A stretch of DNA of 62,857 bases, filler included, from Basidiobolus meristosporus CBS 931.73 (Eukaryota > Fungi > Basidiobolomycota): assembly GCA_002104905.1 (NCBI GenBank). It is 3 parts of 3 records of this genome, joined end to end, with 100 filler letters (N's around TTAATTAATTAA, not from the genome) between each part and the next. Parts side by side here need not be neighbours in the genome. Positions count along the whole stretch, not along the records: positions 1 to 16,843 come from MCFE01001108.1; positions 16,944 to 44,667 come from MCFE01000898.1; 1 more part is not named here. One strand, given 5' to 3'. The notes below the pieces were generated by a model, which ran no database searches, was not told the DNA's origin, and saw nothing but the letters and a program-made list of their open reading frames with translations. Within the stretch, counting starts at the first letter, position 1. Each line of letters starts with the position of its first letter. Positions 13,150-25,449 of this stretch are shown here, one piece after another. The position numbers were made by a program, and so were the translations under genes.

Positions 13150-16100
13150 GTTTCATATGTTTATCAATACATCTGATTCTCAGACTGGCAAATTGCTTTT
13201 GTTAGCACTACTAGAGTGCTTTATTCAATAACCCAGGTATAATGCATATATTTATGGTACCTTGTAGATATCTGAAAATCTGCATGACACTATAATCTGA
13301 TCAGATCCAGAGTTCCATATGGATTGACTGACTGTTCCAACTGTTACTGCAACATCTGGATGTGTGCATAGCATCAGGTACATCAGGCTACCTACCATTG
13401 ATTGATACGCAAAGTTTTAGTCAATACTTGAGCCTTTTTCACCTAAACTGACTGTCAATTGCTCAGTTTCAGGTTATTTTCCATGGGGATAGCAGCAGGC
13501 TAGCAATTTTCCATCTTACAGTGGCTAAGAGTTCTTCTAATGTACTGTACTGATTCATCAGAATATTCTGAGTAGGAATGTCAAACTTGATTTCAGTTCC
13601 ATTACAATATCTCAATTTTCCAAGATCTTTCATCACAAGCTTGCTGAAGAGATCTGATTTTGTTTGTTTAAGGGCCTTCTGGTCACCAGTAGCTATTATT
13701 AGGTTGTCCACATGAGGAACTAGGATGATAACATCCTCATTTATCTATTTTACATATATTCTGTGATCTGCAGCGAAACAAATAAGTCCAATCTCCTGTA
13801 GAGATGTGTAAATCTTGCTATACCCTTGCTCTAGGTGCCTGCTTAAGCCCATACAACAACTGCCTGAGTCTGCACACCTGATGGGGCCTTTTGGATTGCC
13901 AAAATCTTCTGCTTGCTCCATATATATAGGTTCTTGCAAATCCCAATTTAAAAAGGCTGTTTTAACATCTATTTGGTGTGGATCTAGGCTGTGTACAGCT
14001 GTCAAAGCTAGAACTGTCCAAATGGAGTTAACTCGGCAACCAGAGCAAATGTCTCCTTGAATCTAGTCCCTGGATCTGGGAATAGGCCTGAGCCACCAAT
14101 CTAGCCTACTACTTACCAATGGTACCATTTGAGGTTATCTTGATCTTGTAGACCCACCTATATCCTGTTGGCTTTCTCCCATTTGGTGCATCTACCTGTT
14201 CCCACATTTTTGCCTTGATAAATTAATAATACTTCCCCCACATGGATTGTTGCAACATCGTAGCAGCTGGACTTTGTGTTGCCTGTTACAGATTGTGAGG
14301 TTTGGCACATAAGGCAAGATAAGCTTCTTCATCATCATTGGATGTCTGCCACCAGAATCCAAGGGCATTTATAATTCTGGTAGATCTACTAATTGGCGCA
14401 ATCTGCTCTGATCTGGAACTGGTAGAGTTATCTTCTGTATCTGGCTAAATTAGGTATATATCTTCTTCATTAATGTTGATTGCATCATCAGGCAGCTGGC
14501 TAATGATTTCAGTGGCTTTCTGATCTGAATTCTCCTAAAATACACATTCCTGCTCTTGATCAGCTTCTGAATTTTGCAATCATAAGCTCTATACCCTTTG
14601 GTATCATCAGAATGCCCGAGAAAGTTCCCTTTTCTACCCTTTGGTTGCAGCTTTAGGTGTTTTTTGTCAGGGATGTGATACAAGACACCACTTCTAACAA
14701 TCCTGCAGTGCTGTTAGTCTAGTTTCTTGCCTGTATATACCTCAAGGAGTGTAGAATCACGCAGTGCTGTTGTTGGGCAACTATTCTCTATGCATACAGT
14801 GGTAGCAATAGATTCAGCCTAAAACATTTAATCCATATCCTTATCATGTAGCATGGATCATCCCAGCTCTACTATCTCTTTGCTCATTTTGATACTCCAT
14901 TTTGCTGTGGTGTATGTGGACCAGTGGTCTATTGAAGTATACAAGTAGATGAGCAGGATTTGCAAACACCTTTGAGCAGTAGTCCCCTCCATTATCACTT
15001 CTAAGTACCTTCAATTTACACCTACTTAGCATATCTGTCATGTTCTTGAAGTGTTTAAATGTCTCCAATGCCTCATCCTTTGCTTTGCAGAAGTAAACCC
15101 ATATATTTCTTGTCTTATCATCAACAAACATCATAGAGAATCTCTTGGCTTTAAAGGACAGTGTTCTCATGGGCCTACATTTGTCATAATATACAGTAGC
15201 AAATTTTTTGGTGGTGTTGATGCCTCCTGAGCTCCTGAAATGGTGACTAGCTTCTCTACCATATAAATATTGCTCACAGACACACAATTTGATTGGAATT
15301 GAGTAATATTGGCCTAAAACAAGCTGCTATTTCACCAGTTGGCTCATTTTCTGTTCCCCAATAAGTCCTAGCCTCCTATACCACATCTCCCAGTTATTTT
15401 CATCAGTGTCAGCAGTTTTGATATACTTGGGTATAATATCTTGCATTTTACCATGTATATATTGTGATTTCTGATTCTCAAGACCATTTTTTGTCCATTT
15501 TCACTCAGTATTGAGCAGTTCAGCTTAGTAAATGCAAATTTCAGTCCCTGAGAAGCTGCTTTACTGACTGAGAGTAGGTTCTTAGCTATTCTTGGTACAT
15601 AGAGTACATTATTCAGTTTTTCTATTGTAGCCTCTGAGATAGCACTCATATTTAGTTGTATAGACCCACTGATGGTAGCCTCAGTGCTGATTTGTCTCCC
15701 AGATAATCCTTTCTTATGGGAATAGTCTTTAAGTTGCTCAATCACTCCTTTGCACTACTAATATGCTGTGATGCTCCAGAGTCAATCCACCATTCGTGAC
15801 TTTGGTTACTTACACTTTCTTTTATATTTAGAAATAGCTGTTCATCAGTAGTTATATAGTTTGCCTGCTCCAATATCTGTGTTTGTCTGCTTGTGCCTTC
15901 TTGCATTCTCTTGCCCAGTGTACTGGCTTCTTACAGTAGTTACAGCAGCCAGGCTTTTTTTTATTTTATTGCCTTCCCTTTTTATCTGTGTGTCTTTCTG
16001 AGCTGAATAAAGCATTGTCTTCAATTTTCTCTGCTTAATCATTTTGTCAGAGCTCCTGAGCAAGAAGTCTTCCTTTGACATAGTCTAAAGTCAGATTGCC

Positions 16101-16660
16101 TCCTCTGCTTTCAAACAAAGTGTGAATGGCTCATACGGGTCTGGTAGGCTGCAAAGCAGACGTAGTATCTCCTCTTCATCATCTATGCCAGCATTAATAC
16201 TGTGAAGGTCTTCTGCAAGTGTCTCCATACTGGCAATGAGCTGTTCCATGACATCATCTGGCTTCTTCCTCATATTGAGGAATGTTTGTTTCAAATAAAG
16301 CTTGCTTGATAATGACTTTGCTCTGAAGATCTTCTCTAAGGATTCCCATGCTGCTTTGGCAGTATTTGAAGCATGAGTTAGTCCAGTTTTGGAACCTTCC
16401 ACATTGATGTGTATAGCATTAAAGGCCTTTTGCTCCTTCTCTTGTAATTTCTCTACTTCTTGTGCTGTTCCCTTGGGCTCAACTTCTCTTCCTGTTACTA
16501 TATTTCAAAGTTTTCTTACCTCAAGGTGGATCTTCATTTTGATTCTACAAAGTGTGTAGTTCCCATCAAGCCTCTCCATTCCAGAGGAGATGTTTGTTTT
16601 GTTCTTTTTGCCAGTAGAAGTCATCTTTAGAATACATCAGGGCAATTGGTACTGATACCC
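13150..16660 (-). mobile_element. Ty1/copia family B copy B1, internal region (gag-PR-INT-RT), decayed, 3' end missing
   Basis: ORF fragments show UBN2-type gag (KAAWESLEKIF...SLPDPYEPF), VYVPRIAKNLLSVSK, LRSDNGGDY and DVKTAFLN. Collinear with 40300-43005. Confidence 0.93.
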
Positions 16661-16843
16661 TGTTACAATTTAAGAAGTGATTCTGATATAAGGAACTTAT
16701 CAAGATATAGTCATAATGGTTGAACAGTTGCTTGGTCATGAACAGGGTCAGTATTGATACCTTTGTAGAAGTACCATGGGTGTAACACTAAGTAAGGGGG
16801 GTTTCTCAACATTCATAAGCATTTTATAACAGCTACAGGGTTA
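16661..16843 (-). repeat. 5' LTR of B1, truncated by the gap
   Basis: TGTTACAATTTAAGAAGTGATT... aligns with 39543-39725. Confidence 0.85.
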
Positions 16844-16943
16844 NNNNNNNNNNNNNNNNNNNNNNNNNNNNNNNNNNNNNNNNNNNNTTAATTAATTAAN
16901 NNNNNNNNNNNNNNNNNNNNNNNNNNNNNNNNNNNNNNNNNNN
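16844..16943. other. Assembly gap: 44 N + TTAATTAATTAA + 44 N
   Basis: Same 100-bp structure as 44668-44767. The linker is a palindrome with stops in all six frames. Confidence 0.97.
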
Positions 16944-17716
16944 TGGACATGTTCCTTACATGATACACATCAAGCTGCTGACCATTGATTGGTAAGGGAA
17001 GTCTGGGATCTCAGATGGCACCAAGCTCTCTTGATTTGGTTGAGTTTTGACCAAGTTAAGATTTGTCTCTATCAGGGTAGCTGCTAGTGTGCAATCTTCC
17101 ATTTGGTACTTCTTGACCTGGATCCTGAATATACTTGGAGTGGCTCAAGGTGAGGTTTGTATACTTCTGTCTATGGAGAATTGTATTGCTGACTAACAAT
17201 TGATCTTTCCTGGATTGGACATTTTGAACCATTTTGATAGGCTGGACTTGGCTTCTTCCAATGTTTTTTGATCATTGGTGGCTATAACCAGATCATCCAC
17301 ACATGGTGATAATAGAACTGGCTTATAGTAGATACTGGGGTCATCAAAACTTGTTTGGAAACCCAGGGAATTCAAGTACAAAACAATCTTGCAAATCAAG
17401 GCTCCTGGTGATTGTGTGGGTCCATGTGCAGTTTTTTGAACCTGTAGACCAAGCAGAGGCTATCTTGGTCAGCAAACCCATCAGGCTGGCTCATAAATAC
17501 ACCCTCAGCAAGCTCCCCACTCAAGCATTGCAATTTTTACATTTGTTTTATGATTATAAAACATATACACAGTTGCAATAGCCAATATCTATCAGATGAA
17601 ATTACACTTGGCTACCAGTGAAAAGGTCTCAGTTTAGTCAAGTCCATTTGCTTGCAAGTATCATTTGGCTACTTGCCTTGCTTTGTATCTTCTATTTGTA
17701 CCATCAGCCTTGTATG
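16944..17716 (-). pseudogene. pol: Copia RT fragment related to family A (A3)
   Basis: Encodes ...SLGFQTSFDDPSIY...CVDDLVIA.... Collinear with 19200-19960 and cut at 17717 by LTR-derived repeats. Confidence 0.88.
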
Positions 17717-18190
17717 TATTGTAAAAATTTGTATTTCCACCTGAGTATTCACCTAACTTGGTCACTTAGATCATTACCTACCAGTCCTAGAGAGCACTGA
17801 CCAAATTCCTTGTTGGGACTTACTTGGAATATTTCACCAAAGCAACTGGTATCCAGAACATGAAAAGTTGTCAAGTGGTCCAACCAGCATCAAGCTGTGC
17901 TCATATGATCTTGGGACCTTTCTGTTGTAAAATTTGTAATTTTACCTGAATATTCACCAACTTAGTCACTTAGATCCTTACCTACAAGTCTTAAAAGATA
18001 CTGTTCAAATTCCTAGCTGCAATTTACTTGCAATACGTCACCAAAACATCTGGTACCTAGAACATGAAAATATGTCAAGTTGTCCAACAAGCACCAAGCT
18101 GTGCACACATGATCTTGGGACCTTTTGGTTGTAAGATTTGTAATTCCACCTAAATATTCTCCTAACTTGGTTACTTAGAGCCTTGCCTAC
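17717..18190 (+). repeat. Tandem array of the first ~205 bp of the family A LTR (2 units plus a 64-bp partial unit)
   Basis: Units start at 17717, 17923 and 18127. Each matches 36904-37110 and the complete units end at GGGACCTTT. Confidence 0.88.
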
Positions 18191-20724
18191 TGTTGTAAGA
18201 GTCTTGGAGATATTGGAAGTGATTGGGAGGACAAGCAGATTATGTGGTTTTTAACTAGATGATTCATTGAATGTAAAAGTAGTATTTATGCTTTTACATA
18301 ATCTTGGCTTAACTGACCTGTAGGGTTGGCTAAAAAAGTCTTCAAGAGCATGTGTGCAAGGTTTGGGGCTGTTTGGACAACTTTGAGAATTTCATATTCT
18401 GGGTACCTGGTATTTTGGTGAAAATATTCTAAGTAAATCCCAACAAGGAATTTGGTCAGTATTCTCTAGGATTTGAAGGTAATGATCTAAGTGACTAAGT
18501 TGGGTGAATATCTAGGTGGAATTAAGAATTTTCACAACACTCCCACCCAGCTAAATGCTCACACTGACTAGTCCTAGTTTTGACCTAAGATATTCAAACT
18601 TGCCTCTAGCTAATGGATTGGTAAATATGTCTGCAACCATTTCATCAGAAGGACAGTAAACTTAGCTAACTGAGTTATTCTCTATAGCTTCACATATGAA
18701 ATGATGTCTAATATCTATGTGCTTGGTTCTAGTATGAAAAGTTGGATTCCACCTAATTGTACACATCCTTGATTATCTTGAAATAAAGTAATAGGCATTT
18801 TTGACATAGGCCTAAATCTGTAAAAAGCTTTCTCAACCACATTGCTTCTTTTGTAGCTTCACAGGCTGCCTTATACTCTCCCTATGTGGTAGAAAGTGCT
18901 ACAGTTGGTTGCTTTCTTGAATTCTATGAAATTGCTCCTTTACAGTAAAGAAAGGTGTATCCTGTGGTGGATCTTCTATCTTCCAAAGTTTGCCCCCAAT
19001 CAGCATCAGTGTATCCCACAAGATCCTGTTCTGAATCCTTATAAGTGTATTTTAAGCAGATATCAGCAGTTCCTTTTAGGTATCTAAAAATCCACTTAAC
19101 TGCTGCAATATGATCAGATCCATTGTTCTGATTATGCTGGCTGACAACTCCCACTGAGTATGAGATATCTGGGCATGTTCCAAGCATGATATGCATCAGA
19201 CTGCTGGACATAGATTGATAAGGAAAGTCAGGTCTTTCAGATGGCACCAAGCTCTCTTGATTTGGTTGAGTTTTGACCAAGTTAAGGTTTGTCTCCATTG
19301 GGGTAGCTGCCAGTTTGCAGTCTTCCATTTGGTACTTTTTTAGTATATCTTGAATATACTTAGATTGACTTAGGGTGATAGTCTTGGTACTACTGTCTAT
19401 GGAGAACTTAATCCCTAAGTAGTAATTAAGTTCTGCTAGATTGGACATCTTGAACTCCTTAGATAGGCTGGATTTAGTCTCTTCCAATGTTTCTGGGTTA
19501 TTGGCAGCTATAATAAGATCATCCACATATAGAGCTAATAGAACTGGATTTGCTCTATCTGGCCTATAGTATAGACTATAGTCAGCATTACTCCTTTTGA
19601 AACTCAAAGATTCCAAATAAGAATCTATCTTGCAATTCCAGGCTCTTGGTGATTGTCTGAGACCATATAGTAACTTTTTAAGCTTGCAGACCAAATTAGG
19701 GATATCTTGGTCAGCAAACCCATCAGGCTGGTCCATATACATGTCCTCATCAAGTTCTCCATTCAAAGATGCAGTTTTTACATCCATTTGATGAATAAAA
19801 AACTTATATTTGGCTGCAATAGCCAATATTAATATGATGGAGTTATACTTGGCTATGGGTGCAAAGGTCTCAGTATAGTCAAGTCCTTTTGTTTGAGAGT
19901 ATCTTTTGGCTACTAGTCTTGCTTTGTATCTCTCAATTGTACCATCAGCCTTGTATTTTGTCTTGAAGACCCATCTACATCCAATTGATTTTTGGTTGAT
20001 TGGCAATTTGAACAAGTCCCAAATTTGATTTTCCATCAGGGCCTGATATTCCTCAGTCATTGCAGATCTCCAAAACTTTGTCTGAGGGCTATTTAGAGCC
20101 TCTTTTGCAGTCTGGGGTTCATCAATATGGACTGAATAGGCATAGGCTAAGTTTGTAACCTCATTGATATAATAATTTGGGCTATTTCTTGTCCAAGTGG
20201 ACCTGTGGGCATTTGATACTGGAATGATCACTTCTGGGATATTCCTTAGCACTGATTCAGGCTGAATCATTGTTGCAGAGTCCTCTGGAGAGAAAAAATC
20301 CTCACTGTTTTGCTCTGATTCAATTCTGACAGTTGGTGGACTTGAGATCAGATTTTCTTCATCATCTGATTTCATTTTTTGTGAAATTATGAATTTTCAT
20401 CAAACAACACATCCCTGGACTTGATTAGCTTCTTTGCTTTGGTATTGTAGAGTCTGTATGCTTTACTCTCATTGCAGTAGCCCAAAAATATGCATTTTAC
20501 ACTTTTTGGCTCAAATTTTGGCTGATTTTTGGGCAGTTTCTTGGCATATGCTGTACACCCAAATATTCTTGGATGCTCTGCATTTGGTCTGTATCCATAC
20601 CATGCTTCAAATGGAGAAGAACCACAAAATATTCTGTTATAGCTCCTACTTTTGAGGTATACAGTTGTGGCAACTGATTCCACCCAAAATTCATAAGATA
20701 ATTTGTGATCATGGATCATAGATC
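18191..20724 (-). mobile_element. Ty1/copia A2, 3' portion (3' LTR 18191-18539, PPT, RH, RT, INT C-terminus), interrupted by A1
   Basis: 349-bp TG...CA LTR, PPT GGGTGGGAG at 18540-18548, 483-aa RT frame. The integrase resumes for ~60 bp at 25389. Confidence 0.95.
18924..20375 (-). pseudogene. pol: A2 reverse transcriptase frame (483 aa)
   Basis: WVFKTK, YKARLVAK, QMDVKTA, LYGLRQSPRAW, LYVDDL, GYTDADWG. Confidence 0.93.
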
Positions 20725-23700
20725 TGTTGTAAGAGTCTTGGAGATATTGGAAGTGATTTGGAGAACTAGTAGATTTTGTGGTTTTCACTTAATGATTTAT
20801 TGAATGTAAAAGTAGTATTTATACTTTTACCTGGTTTTGGCATCACAAACACATAGAATAGGTTAAGGAAGGTCCCAAGAACATGTGTGCAAAGTTTGGG
20901 GCTGTTTGGACAACTTCAAGAATTTTCATGTTGTGGGTACCTGGTATTTTGGTGAGAATGTTCTAAGTAAATCCCAACAAGGAATTTGGTCAGTATTCTC
21001 TACAATTTGAAGGTAATGATCTAAGTGACTAAGTTAGGTGAGTATTTAGGTGGATTACAAATTTTTACAATACTCCTACTCAGCTAAATGCTCATACTGA
21101 CTAGTCCTAATTTTGACCTGAGATATTCAAACTTGTCTCTAGCTAATGGTTTGGTAAATATGTCTGCAATCATTTCATCTGTAGGACAGTAAACTAAGCT
21201 AACTAAGTTATTCTCTATAGCTTCACGTATGAAATGATGTCTAATATCTATGTGCTTGGTTCTAGTATGAAAAGTTAGAATTCTACCTAATTGTATACAT
21301 CCTTGATTATCTTGAAATAAAGTAATAGGCATTTTTTGACATAGGCCTAAATCTGTAAAAAGCTTTCTTAACCACATTGCTTCCTTTGTAGCTTTGCAGG
21401 CTGCCATATACTCTGCCTCTTTGGTGGAAAGTGCTACGGTTGGTTGCTTTCTTGAATTCTGTGAAATTGCTCCTTTACAGTAAAGAAAGGTGTATCCTAT
21501 GGTGGATCTTCTGTCTTCAAAATTTTGTCCCCAATCAGCATCAGAGTATCCCACAAGATCCTGTTCTGAATCCTTATAAGTGTATTTTAAGCAGATATCA
21601 GCAGTTCCTTGTAGGTATCTAAAAATCCACTTAACTGCTGCAATATGATCAGATCCATTGTTCTGATTATGTTGGCTGACAACTCCCACTGAATATGAGA
21701 TATCTGGATGTGTTCCAGCAAGATATACATCAGACTGCCAACCATAGATTGATAAGGAAAGTCAGGGCTTTCAGATGGCACCAAGCTCTCTTGATTTGGT
21801 TAAGTTTTGACCAAGTCAAGATTTGTTTCCATTGGGGTAGCTGCCTGTTTACAGTCTTCCATTTGGTACTTCTTTAGTATATCTTGAATATACTTGGATA
21901 GGCTTAGGGTGATAGTCTTGGTACTACTGTCTATGGAGAACTTAATCCCCAAGTAGTAATTAAGTTCTGCTAGATTGGACATCTTGAACTCCTTAGATAG
22001 GCTGGATTTAGTCTCTTCCAATGTTTCTGGGTTATTGGCAGCTATAATAAGATCATCCACATATAGAGCTAATAGAACTGGATTTGCTCTATCTGGCCTA
22101 TAGTATAGACTATAGTCAGCATTACTCCTTTTGAAACTCAAAGATTCCAAATAAGAATCTATCTTGCAATTCCAGGCTCTTGGTGATTGTTTGAGACCAT
22201 ATAGTAACTTTTTGAGCTTGCAGACCAAATTAGGATTATCTTGGTCAGCAAACCCATCAGGCTGGTCCATATACATGTCCTCATCAAGTTCTTCATTCAA
22301 AGAAGCAGTTTTTACATCCATTTGATGAATAAAAAACTTATATTTGGCTGCAATAGCCAATATTAATATGATGGAGTTATATTTGGCTATGGGTGCAAAG
22401 GTCTCAGTATAGTCAAGTCCTTTTGTTTGAGAGTATCTTTTGGCTACTAGTCTTGCTTTGTATCTCTCAATTGTACCATCAGCCTTGTATTTTGTCTTGA
22501 AGACTCATCTACATCCAATTGATTTTTGGTTGATTGGTAATTTGACTAAGTCCCAAGTTTGATTTTCCATCAGGGTCTGATATTCCTCAGTCATTGCAGA
22601 TCTCCAAAACTTTGTCTGAGGGCTGTTTAGGGCCTCTTTTGCAGTCTGGGGCTCATCAATATGGACTGAATAGGCATAGGCTAAGTTTGTACCCTCATTG
22701 ATATAGTAATTTGGGCTATTTCTTGTCCAATTGGATCTCTGGGCATTTGATACTGGAATGATCACTTCTGGGATATTCCTGGGCACTGATTCTGGCCAAA
22801 GCACGGTTGTAGAGTTCTCTGGAGTGAAAAAGTTCTCATTGTTTTGCTCTGATTTAATCCTGACAATTGGTGCACTTGAGATCAAATTTTCATCATCATA
22901 TGATGTCATTTTTTGTGAAAATTTTGAACTTTCATTAAACAACACATCCCTGGACTTGATCAGCTTCTTTGCTTCAGTATTGCTGAGTCTGTATGCCTTA
23001 CTCTTATTGCAGTAGCCCAAAAATATGCATTTTACACTTTTTGGCTCAAATTTTGACTGATTTCCGGCCAGTTTTTTAGCATATGCTGTACACTCAAATA
23101 TTCCTAGATGTTCTGCACTTGGTCTGTATCCATACCATGCTTCAAATGGAGTAGAATCACAAAGTATTCTGTTATAACTCCTATTTTTAAGATATACAGC
23201 AGTGGGATATATAGGATAATTTTTGATCATGGATCATGGATCTTGCCATATCAATTACTGATCTGTTAACACGTTCTGCTACTCCATTTTGCTGTGGGGA
23301 GTATGGTACAGTAGTCTCTTGCTTTATCCCACAAATTTTGCAGGAGTGAATGAAGAGTTTTGAGGTATATTCTCCACCATTGTCAGAGCGTATTTTCTTG
23401 ATTTTTTCACCAGTTTTGCTCTCCATCATGGCTTTAAACTCCCTGAGCTTAGACAGAGCTTCTTCCTTTCTCTCCATGATGTAGACTCATGTGTATTTTG
23501 TATAATCATCAATAAAAGTGATTATATACTTCATCCCACCTAAGGATAAATTTTGCATAGGTCCACACAGATCTGAGTGAATTAGATCTAATTTTTTCTT
23601 AGTTTTGATTAACCCAGAGCTCTTGAACGGTTGTCTGGCTTGTTTCCCATATATGCAGGCCTCACAGTGCTCCAAATTAGCTGGGGGATCAATTTCACCC

Positions 23701-25388
23701 CAGAAATTAGCTGATCTTTGATCATTTTACGCAAATAATCAAAATTTATGTGTCCATATCTCCTGTGCCAAAGCATTGGTGTCTCTTCATTTAAGTTACT
23801 TATATTGACTTCCAAATATGATGGAATATAAGTCAACTTGTATAGATTCTGATCTCTGATGCCCAAAGCAATATGGGCACCATTTTGATCAGTGATCCTG
23901 CATCCAGAATTGTCAAAACTGAAGCTGAGTCCTTCTGCTGTGGCCTTGCTTACAGAGAGTAGGTTCTTGGCTATTTCTGGTACATAGAGTACTTCTTTAA
24001 AAGTCAGTGAATGGCTTCCTTTACTGCTTCTAAGGTTTACTTGGATAGTTCCTTATCCCACTGCATTAAGTGTTCTATTGTCACCCATGAAAACCTTCTT
24101 AATTGGAATTTCTTGATATTGGGTAAAAAGTTCTTTTAGGTGTGCGAAGTGTTGAGGAGGTCCAGAGTCAATATACCACGTGTGAGAATCCTTGTTTGTG
24201 GTCATATTTAGTGCAGATATGAATAGTCTATCTTCAGTTGTTGCAGCATTTCCATATTCAGGCTTCTTTTGCTGATAATCTCTCTTTTTGAGACACCGGT
24301 CTGATGCATGTCCTTTCCTTTTGCAGTAGTTGCAAAACAGGTTGCTGTTGCCTTTGTAGGGTCTTGGGTGCCTTTGTTGTTGGTTATCATTGCTTATTAA
24401 AGCATTTTCTTCTTCCTTCTTATTGGCGCTTCATTTTTTCAATTCTTCATCCAGGAGTCTTCCATATACGTAATTTAAGGTCAAATCCTCAGTTCTGGAC
24501 TCTAGGGCTGATACAAGGCCCTGAAACTTGTCTGTCAGGCTATTCAGAATGGCAACTATTACATCCTCATCAGTAGTTGGTATGCCCACAGATTCCATCT
24601 CATCTACCAGCAGGGTAATTCTGTTAATCAGATTTTTCATTTTTCTCCTGGTAGCATCTTTGTAGTAAAGAATTTTTGTCACAGATACATTTTCTTGGCA
24701 GCTGAACATGACTGGTGGGTGTCTTCTAATGCTTTCCAGGTATTCTTTGCTGTTTTTGCTCTTGAGCATTGAATTAGCAATTTGTCCTTGACATTAAGGC
24801 AAATGCAGTTAAAGGCACTTTGTTCTTTCTTCTGGTACTTCAAAGCTTCCTCTCCCACGTTTTTAGGAGGGCATTCTTCTCCCATGACAATATCCCAAAG
24901 GCCTCTTTCTTGTAGCAGCATCTTCATCTTCACCTTCCGCACTTGGTAGTTAGATCCATCCAACTTTTCAGCAGAGGGAAAAATTCCAGTAATAGTAGTA
25001 GTAGACAATGCAGAGAGTGAGAGCTTGGGGCTCATAACCTGTTGTAAGAGTCTTGGAGATATTGGAAGTGATTTGGGGAACAAGTAGATTTTGTGGCTTT
25101 CACTTAATGATTTATTGAATGTAAAAGTAGTATTTGTACTTTTACCTGGTCTTGGCATAACAGACACATAAAATAGGTTACAAAAGGTCCCAAGAACATG
25201 TGTGCAAAGTTTGGGGCTGTCTGGACAACTTTGAGAATTTTCATGTTCTGGGTACCTGGTATTTTGGTGAACATATCCTAAGTAAATCCCAACAAGGAAT
25301 TTGGTCAGTATTCTCTACAATTTGAAGGTAATGATCTAAGTGACTAAGTTAGGTAAATATTGAGGTGGAAATACAAATTTTTACAACA
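20725..25388 (-). mobile_element. Full-length Ty1/copia A1 (4664 bp) with two LTRs and an AGATC target duplication; ORFs broken
   Basis: LTRs at 20725-21072 and 25040-25388. AGATC at 20720-20724 and 25389-25393. Gag with CNYCKRKGHASDRC knuckle, protease, LWHRRYGH pre-integrase, IRSDNGGEY integrase, RT, RNase H, and PPT at 21073-21081. Confidence 0.97.
25028..25039 (-). promoter_or_regulatory. Primer-binding site GGTTATGAGCCC (half tRNA-iMet type)
   Basis: Directly abuts the 5' LTR. Complementary to the GGGCTCATAACC anticodon arm of yeast-type initiator tRNA (recalled sequence). Confidence 0.9.
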
Positions 25389-25449
25389 AGATCTTGCCAT
25401 GTCAATTATTGATCTGTTTGCGCATTCTGCTACTCCATTTGGCTGTGGG

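Noticed and set aside
16648-16660. B1 primer site as a TGGTATCAGAGC-type tRNA-Met 3' end
   Set aside because: GGGTATCAGTACC fits a decayed GGTTATGAGCCC about as well, and B0 reads GGTTGTGA.
16844-16943. TTAATTAATTAA palindrome as a biological motif (also 44712-44723)
   Set aside because: Centred identically in 44+44 Ns at both gaps, so it is a scaffolding linker. ORFs containing X near 44712-44934 are artefacts.
20387-20788. ORFs 20387-20788, 24679-25167 (N-terminus) and 37125-37376 as separate genes
   Set aside because: They start inside family A LTRs and read across insertion junctions. The shared KSTNTTFTFNK text is LTR sequence.
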